DNA of 45,544 bases from a virus: positions 1 to 45,544 of IMG/VR virus record IMGVR_UViG_3300014205_000077. One strand, 5' to 3'. Below are positions 40,291 to 45,544 of the stretch, piece by piece (positions within the stretch are counted from its first letter, which is position 1; every line of letters starts with the position of its first letter). The notes beneath the pieces are model-generated. The model searched no databases and was not told the DNA's origin. It saw only the letters and a list, made by a program, of their open reading frames with translations. The position numbers and the translations under genes are program-made.

Positions 40291-43200
40291 ATGCCAATAT
40301 CCGAACAACTCAATCCTTTATATTCACTAAAAAAAGCAGGTGAATTTGTTAATGACTTATCACAAGGAATGCCGCAAGTTCCAATCCAAGAAGATTTGAC
40401 TTTGTCTCCCCAAACGTCTCCGAGTCCATTTGCAAAAACCTTAGAAGATAATGTATATCCAAGAGAAAAAGTTGGGGCGTTATTGTCTAAGATAGAAGAA
40501 AGGAAAAGAGGATTGCCAGACCCAGAAACAGGTGAAGTTAAACCAGTATTGCAAGACAATGAAATTTGGAGTATAATTAAAAGTCAAACAGACCCTGAAT
40601 TGAAAGAGTTTATTGATAAGACAATAATTAATCATAAGGGAGAAGTGGGAGCAATTAGAACTATAAATGAATACCTGCCCAAAGAGGCAAGGATTGACCC
40701 CTTAAAAGCATTTGGAAAAGACATAGAAATACAACCATACGAAAAAGAAAGTTGGTTTAAGGACTTCTTTAGAGAAGATGTCAAACACTTAGGATTTATA
40801 CCAAAGACAATAAAGTTCTTAGATAGAAATGTTGTGTCTCCATTGGAAGAGTATGGTAGAAAACAATACATTATAAATCAAAGGTATCTGGATAGAACAG
40901 ACCCAGAATATAAAATAACAGGACATAATAGACCCATAACCAATCCAGAAGAATGGAATAAAATAGAAAGGAACAATGCAAGAATGGTTGCTAATTGGGA
41001 AGGGATACAGAAATGGACAATAGGAGAAGGTATAAATGAACAGATATATACTCCAGAAGAAAGAGAACAAATAGCACAAGATGTTAAAGACCATCCAGTC
41101 GCAAGTTTTATTGGAGATGCGCAGGGGTTTGTTTTGGGATTAATGGGTGTTGCAAAAACATTTGCATATAAAGGTGTTGTAAACGCTGGTGAACTTTTGT
41201 TAAAAGATAGAAATTGGATGAAGTTTGTTGCAAAGAATGTAGGAAAAGTTATAACAACTCCAAGTGTAAAAAGGGGAATGATTTTAACTGCAAAGGGGAC
41301 TGGAGAAATGATTACCCTTACAGGGATTAATAAACTTGTAGATGGTATTTACACAAGAGAACTTAATGCAAAAGAAACATTAGGCGCAATGGAAGATGCT
41401 GGGCTTATGGGTGCGATTTCTATCCCTGCTGGATATGCACTTGGGAAAGGAGTTATGAAAGGAATAGAGAATGTGTTGAAGAAAATAATTATAAAACAAG
41501 AGTCAGGCGTTTTGTCTAAAATGGTTTCTTCTCACGAACCTCTACTTCCGATTGAAGGAGAACCTACTGTTCCGACCACATCAATTCCAAGCGAAAAATT
41601 TACTAAAGAAAGTTTAGATGCGTGGAAAAAGTTATCGGCAAAGGGAATTAAAAGATTAACGCCAGAAGAAAACGACATTGTTCAAAATTCAACAATAGGA
41701 ATGCCAACAAGAATACAAGAATATTACAAACGATTATATAGGAGACAACCCTTAACCAAGAATCAAGTAAGAGATTTGGCGGCTTGGGAAAGGAGATATA
41801 CAATAAGCGAAGATGTCATTCCCAAAGAAGAAGTAATTAAGATGTTAAAGGAAGAACCTGCAATAAAGTTATTGATAAACAAAGAAGCAAAATTAAAGGG
41901 ACTTAACGTTAAAGAAGAAGAATTGAAAATTGAACAAAAAGCAAAAACCAAAACAGATGTTTCCCAACAAAAAGTTGAACCAAAAGATATAGTAGAAAAC
42001 AATGAAGGTGTTGTAGAGATAAAAAAAAACATTAATCCTCCAGAAAAAGAAATTGAACCCAATCCAGGATATTCTGACGAAAGCGAATTCGGTAGTCCAG
42101 TAAACACAGAAGAATTGCACACTAAAATTAAAGCAGTAGATGAACAACCTACTATGGTAGACACGAGAAACGTAAAGTTCTCCGAAGGAACAGACGAAGG
42201 GATAAAAAATATGTATAAGGGTAGTCCAGGTTTCGTTAGGAATCCTTTTGAAATGTTGAAAGATATCAGAAACAAACTAAACAATGAAGATATGCAAAGA
42301 GTGGGAGAGGCAGTAGTGAAAGATGTTGGGAAGAGAGTTAATCCCGCAGATTACACAAACTATTCTACTTTGTCTTTAGCAGAACGTGCAATTAAACTAA
42401 AAGATAGTCTTGTTAAAATAAACAATTCGTTTAGATTCTTACCAGGATTGATTGCTAAGAAAGAAGCCCCAGTTTATGTCAAGGAAATGTTTGCGAGCAT
42501 AAGAGACGATGCCAACAGAAGTCTTAATGGTGCAGTAGCTAACATACGGCACGAAGTGAACGACTTAGTTAATTATATGTTTAAGGAAAATGGTATAGAT
42601 TGTCTTGAGAAAGATACTCAAGACGCAAGAAATATATGCAGATTGCAAAACGCCATTCAAGAATCAAGAGACGTTAAACGAACAATAGATGGGAAAGAAT
42701 TTGTTGAGAAAGGAACTCCAATCGTTGATGATGAATGTAATATTATACCAACAGAAGATGTTGTAAAGGAATTGGATGATTTATTGGCGAGCTCAAGCGA
42801 TGCGGCAAAAAGAATAGTATGGAGAAAGAATAAAGTATTGGGAGAAGAAAATAGAATAAGGGCAGAAAATGGAATTTGGAATCCAGATGATGCAAAAATG
42901 AATTACTGGGAAATCAACTATGAAAGATTCGGTAGTAGCAACGGAAGTTCTGTATTCCCAGAACATATAGGAGATTTCACTCGTTCATATCAAAAACAAA
43001 GAACGACTAATCCAATAAACAATACCACTGATTGGAAAGATTTTGTAAATATGATTAGGGAAATGAAAGTTCAAAATACTGTTGCTAAATTTACAAATAG
43101 AAGTTGTCAAAAATTAGATGTAAATAATGTTTTGCTTATGAAAGATTTTACTTTAGATAAACACAATGAGCTTGAAAGACTTTTAATGAAGGATATAAAC

Positions 43201-45237
43201 AAAACACTTACTGGAAAAGAACAATTAAGATTGAAGGAATTGACAGAACAATATAATAATATTTTGAAATTGAAAATAGATGAAAACGGTAGTGCAATAG
43301 AAGATATACGGTATCAAGACAACAAGTTAATAGACCCAAAAATTCAACAAGAATTTATCAATAAGGGATATTTTAAGTTAGTTAAGAATCCAGATGGAAC
43401 GGAGACTCATATTTTTAATGGCATCCCAGACAAGCAGGGAGTAAGGATAGAGATTGATGGTAACTATTATGATACGTATAAAGTTCAAACGTATAGCAAG
43501 ACCAAATGTTATACAATCCCCATTGAATTAAAAGCGGCTTTTAATGAGTTTGATAAAAAATTAAACAATGAAGTGTTGGATGCCATTAATACTGCGACTA
43601 AAATGTTTAAGTGGAATGCAATCGTAAGCACATTTGAACGATTTACAATTAACAATTTGGGCGGGGATGAAGTATTGGTTGCGATGAAAATTCCACAGGC
43701 ATACAAAAAGGGTGGAGAGATGTGGGGTTTCCTTTACAAGTTATCTAAAAAAGATGGAGAGAAGTTGTTAAATGAAAAAGAATTGGCTTATTGGGAATTT
43801 ATAAGAAAGTCTGGAACATATAGAGTCGGAGGAGTAGGAGAACAAGGAATACTTGAAACAAAAGAACCATTCTATAGGTTTGTTGCAGGATTGCAAAAAG
43901 TTAATGAGATAAGAGAAAGACCAGTTAGGACTATGGTTGCAATGTATCTAAAGGATTGCGTAGATTTGGGAGTTGACATTGGGAAAAAATTTCCTTGGAT
44001 AGATACGTATGGGTTGTCGCAATTAGAAGCGGCTTGGAAAGTAGCAAGAGAGTTGCCAGATTATGCAATGACATCTGATGTGTATAATAAAATAATAAGA
44101 GGATGGAATTTCCCATTTGCAACTTGGTATATAAAAGAGGGTATGGCAACATCAAAATGGTTATTCAAAACAAAAGGTAAGGCATTAGTTCCTGTAATAG
44201 GCACTGCATTGTCTATGAGATTGTGGAATAACAAAGATAAGGAGTTCAGAGATATGGAAAGCAGAGCTCCTGATTGGTATACCTCTTCCCCGCACATCAA
44301 CATTGGAAAAATTGACGACAACACGCTAAGGGGATGGACTATGCCATTACCCCCAGATGTATTTTTTGGATGGGGACTTCTTGGAGTATTTGGTGCTAAC
44401 TATGAAGATTACCTTAGACACAAAGATGATAAAGATTTGAATGTAAGAGTAACATACAAAGAATTTATAAACAAAACAGTGAAACAATGGGGATTGGTTG
44501 AAACTGGGAAGATAGCTTGGATGGCAAATGTTATGTATCCTATAGCAGGTGGACTTATTGCCAACAAAGATTTACGAACCCATAAAGCAATATGGGATAT
44601 AAACGATACTCCAGAACAAATAAATAGAGATAAGTGGAATTGGGTTATAATAAAGATGCATCCACCGCTTACCCAAATAACATATTCTTCAAACCCAGCA
44701 ACATCGTTTAAATCAGAACAATTAAAATCTTTTGGTTTTTATGATATACCATTAGGGCAGAACGATGATTATCGCAATTTTGAAACAGACAACTGGAAAA
44801 GAAAAGCACATACAGCGGTATCTCATATCCAAGAAACATATTTGCGAACAAGTTGGGAAGCAGATTTTGGTAGAAAATATTTACCCAATTTCCCACAAGG
44901 AAGACCACAATCAGATTCTGCAAGAATGGTGAATGCGTTACAAGTTCAAGAGGCATATCTTAAACCATACCTTTTGAGGGAGAGTAAATATAACAAAACC
45001 AAACTTACTGTATATGAAGAATTTTTTATCAAAGAAGTTAGAGGTGCATTAGAATCTAACAAAATAACAAGTTGGGAAACAAGATTAACAATAGACTATC
45101 AAAATTTATCTAATGCAGATAAGATTGGCAAAAAAGGTAGGGACATCTTACAAAACTTAAAAGATAAAAGAAACTGGGATAAAACAATGAACGATATCGC
45201 AAAACAGTTACCTCCACCTCCACAAACTGCTCCTTAA
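40291..45237 (+). CDS. giant 1648-aa protein (putative internal core / DNA-ejection protein)
   Basis: Uninterrupted 4.9-kb ORF at the end of the structural arm; hydrophobic Gly-rich segment near aa 270-400; PPPPQTAP C-terminus. Confidence 0.6.
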   Translation: MPISEQLNPLYSLKKAGEFVNDLSQGMPQVPIQEDLTLSPQTSPSPFAKTLEDNVYPREKVGALLSKIEERKRGLPDPETGEVKPVLQDNEIWSIIKSQTDPELKEFIDKTIINHKGEVGAIRTINEYLPKEARIDPLKAFGKDIEIQPYEKESWFKDFFREDVKHLGFIPKTIKFLDRNVVSPLEEYGRKQYIINQRYLDRTDPEYKITGHNRPITNPEEWNKIERNNARMVANWEGIQKWTIGEGINEQIYTPEEREQIAQDVKDHPVASFIGDAQGFVLGLMGVAKTFAYKGVVNAGELLLKDRNWMKFVAKNVGKVITTPSVKRGMILTAKGTGEMITLTGINKLVDGIYTRELNAKETLGAMEDAGLMGAISIPAGYALGKGVMKGIENVLKKIIIKQESGVLSKMVSSHEPLLPIEGEPTVPTTSIPSEKFTKESLDAWKKLSAKGIKRLTPEENDIVQNSTIGMPTRIQEYYKRLYRRQPLTKNQVRDLAAWERRYTISEDVIPKEEVIKMLKEEPAIKLLINKEAKLKGLNVKEEELKIEQKAKTKTDVSQQKVEPKDIVENNEGVVEIKKNINPPEKEIEPNPGYSDESEFGSPVNTEELHTKIKAVDEQPTMVDTRNVKFSEGTDEGIKNMYKGSPGFVRNPFEMLKDIRNKLNNEDMQRVGEAVVKDVGKRVNPADYTNYSTLSLAERAIKLKDSLVKINNSFRFLPGLIAKKEAPVYVKEMFASIRDDANRSLNGAVANIRHEVNDLVNYMFKENGIDCLEKDTQDARNICRLQNAIQESRDVKRTIDGKEFVEKGTPIVDDECNIIPTEDVVKELDDLLASSSDAAKRIVWRKNKVLGEENRIRAENGIWNPDDAKMNYWEINYERFGSSNGSSVFPEHIGDFTRSYQKQRTTNPINNTTDWKDFVNMIREMKVQNTVAKFTNRSCQKLDVNNVLLMKDFTLDKHNELERLLMKDINKTLTGKEQLRLKELTEQYNNILKLKIDENGSAIEDIRYQDNKLIDPKIQQEFINKGYFKLVKNPDGTETHIFNGIPDKQGVRIEIDGNYYDTYKVQTYSKTKCYTIPIELKAAFNEFDKKLNNEVLDAINTATKMFKWNAIVSTFERFTINNLGGDEVLVAMKIPQAYKKGGEMWGFLYKLSKKDGEKLLNEKELAYWEFIRKSGTYRVGGVGEQGILETKEPFYRFVAGLQKVNEIRERPVRTMVAMYLKDCVDLGVDIGKKFPWIDTYGLSQLEAAWKVARELPDYAMTSDVYNKIIRGWNFPFATWYIKEGMATSKWLFKTKGKALVPVIGTALSMRLWNNKDKEFRDMESRAPDWYTSSPHINIGKIDDNTLRGWTMPLPPDVFFGWGLLGVFGANYEDYLRHKDDKDLNVRVTYKEFINKTVKQWGLVETGKIAWMANVMYPIAGGLIANKDLRTHKAIWDINDTPEQINRDKWNWVIIKMHPPLTQITYSSNPATSFKSEQLKSFGFYDIPLGQNDDYRNFETDNWKRKAHTAVSHIQETYLRTSWEADFGRKYLPNFPQGRPQSDSARMVNALQVQEAYLKPYLLRESKYNKTKLTVYEEFFIKEVRGALESNKITSWETRLTIDYQNLSNADKIGKKGRDILQNLKDKRNWDKTMNDIAKQLPPPPQTAP

Positions 45238-45283
45238 AACTTGTCAAGCCATACATTATATATACCCGAACAAAATAAACGCT

Positions 45284-45544
45284 CTAAACCTCTTCCTTTA
45301 ACTTCCCTTCTTCTACTACGGGGACAAGGGATTGCTGGTTGTTTACAAATATCTTCTCGTCAAAGATGCGACCTTGCCCAATTTCCTCGTCAATTCTTTT
45401 CTGTCCCATCTTAAACCATTTATCGTCTTGTTCAATATTGATAAAATTTCTGCCTGTTCTAATGCAAGCTATGGCAGAAGTTCCTACACCTGCGAATGGG
45501 TCAAGAACCAATCCACCAACTCTACAATGTTTTCTAACTATTTC
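45284..45544 (-). CDS. C-terminal part of the DNA methyltransferase that begins at 687 (wraps the circular junction)
   Basis: LVLDPFAGVGTSAIACIRTGRNFINIEQD (motif I, FxGxG); in frame with 1..687 through the 123-bp terminal duplication. Confidence 0.85.
   Translation of the reverse strand, partial: EIVRKHCRVGGLVLDPFAGVGTSAIACIRTGRNFINIEQDDKWFKMGQKRIDEEIGQGRIFDEKIFVNNQQSLVPVVEEGKLKEEV
45422..45544. repeat. terminal direct repeat, identical to 1-123
   Basis: Base-by-base identity. Confidence 0.95.

Noticed and set aside
26118-42284. Minus-strand ORFs inside the structural arm (26118-26504, 28583-28966, 29069-29536, 33170-33541, 33715-34062, 38979-39410, 40278-40559, 41763-42284).
   Set aside because: They are antisense shadows of long plus-strand genes, with low-complexity composition, no RBS and no operon logic.
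45238-45283. The TTGTCAAG box and TATATA between the two converging arms could be a promoter or a terminator.
   Set aside because: The spacing between the hexamers is wrong (about 10-12 nt). Any transcript would be antisense to a converging gene, and no stable hairpin or U-tract is visible.
1-45544. Genome-wide reassignment of TAA to a sense codon, which would explain the two in-frame TAAs.
   Set aside because: TAA clearly terminates many genes here, immediately before the RBS or ATG of the next gene (for example 10184-10186, 10368-10370, 14378-10380 region genes, 13491-13493). Only two genes are interrupted, so local mutation or readthrough is more parsimonious.

Overview
The window looks like a complete, circularly closed dsDNA phage genome of about 45.4 kb. 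Bases 1-123 are repeated exactly at 45422-45544, and a DNA methyltransferase gene reads in frame across that junction. The sequence is visibly AT-rich. It uses Shine-Dalgarno sites (GGAGG) and near-consensus sigma70-type promoters (TTGACA-16/17-TATAAT), which suggests a low-GC host that uses SD sites.

Two divergent transcription arms leave a control region at 23162-23543.

- The leftward arm (23140 down to 1, wrapping to 45284) begins with an HTH regulator, the small and large terminase and a SpoVG-like protein. It continues through two tRNAs (His-GUG, Thr-UGU), a roughly 1.1-kb non-coding block and many tiny Cys-rich ORFs. It ends with a recombination module (ERF annealase, Cas4-like PD-(D/E)xK nuclease, RusA), a P-loop kinase-like protein, a 3D-domain wall protein and the methyltransferase.
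- The rightward arm (23544-45237) carries the portal, scaffold, major capsid, a repeat-rich secreted-looking protein and a fibre. It then has an embedded lysis cassette, a 906-aa structural protein and three putative internal or ejection proteins, one of them 1648 aa.

No DNA polymerase, helicase, primase or integrase motif was recognised.

The most interesting content is a tightly coupled reverse-strand cassette encoding an E1 (ThiF-like), an E2 and a JAB/JAMM peptidase.

- The E2 carries the canonical HPN...C UBC signature, and the JAB carries an exact HxHx7Sx2D motif. Together this is a ubiquitin-like conjugation system inside a virus genome.
- The cassette is flanked on both sides by tandem arrays of about 16 divergent paralogs of a roughly 60-aa all-beta protein.
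- About 0.9 kb upstream of the E1 gene lies a Lys-rich protein whose C-terminal domain has a beta-grasp-like pattern and ends in a terminal Gly. This is a candidate Ubl.

Other oddities:

- An M15 endolysin-like gene and one paralog are each interrupted by an in-frame TAA.
- There is a (GDGSG)n hyper-acidic repeat protein.
- The E1 and E2 genes overlap by 149 nt in different frames.
- The late promoter is duplicated.
- An orphan gene has a palindromic operator.

Several further ORFs under 50 aa (for example in 15940-16215 and 16575-16680) are possible but are not listed.
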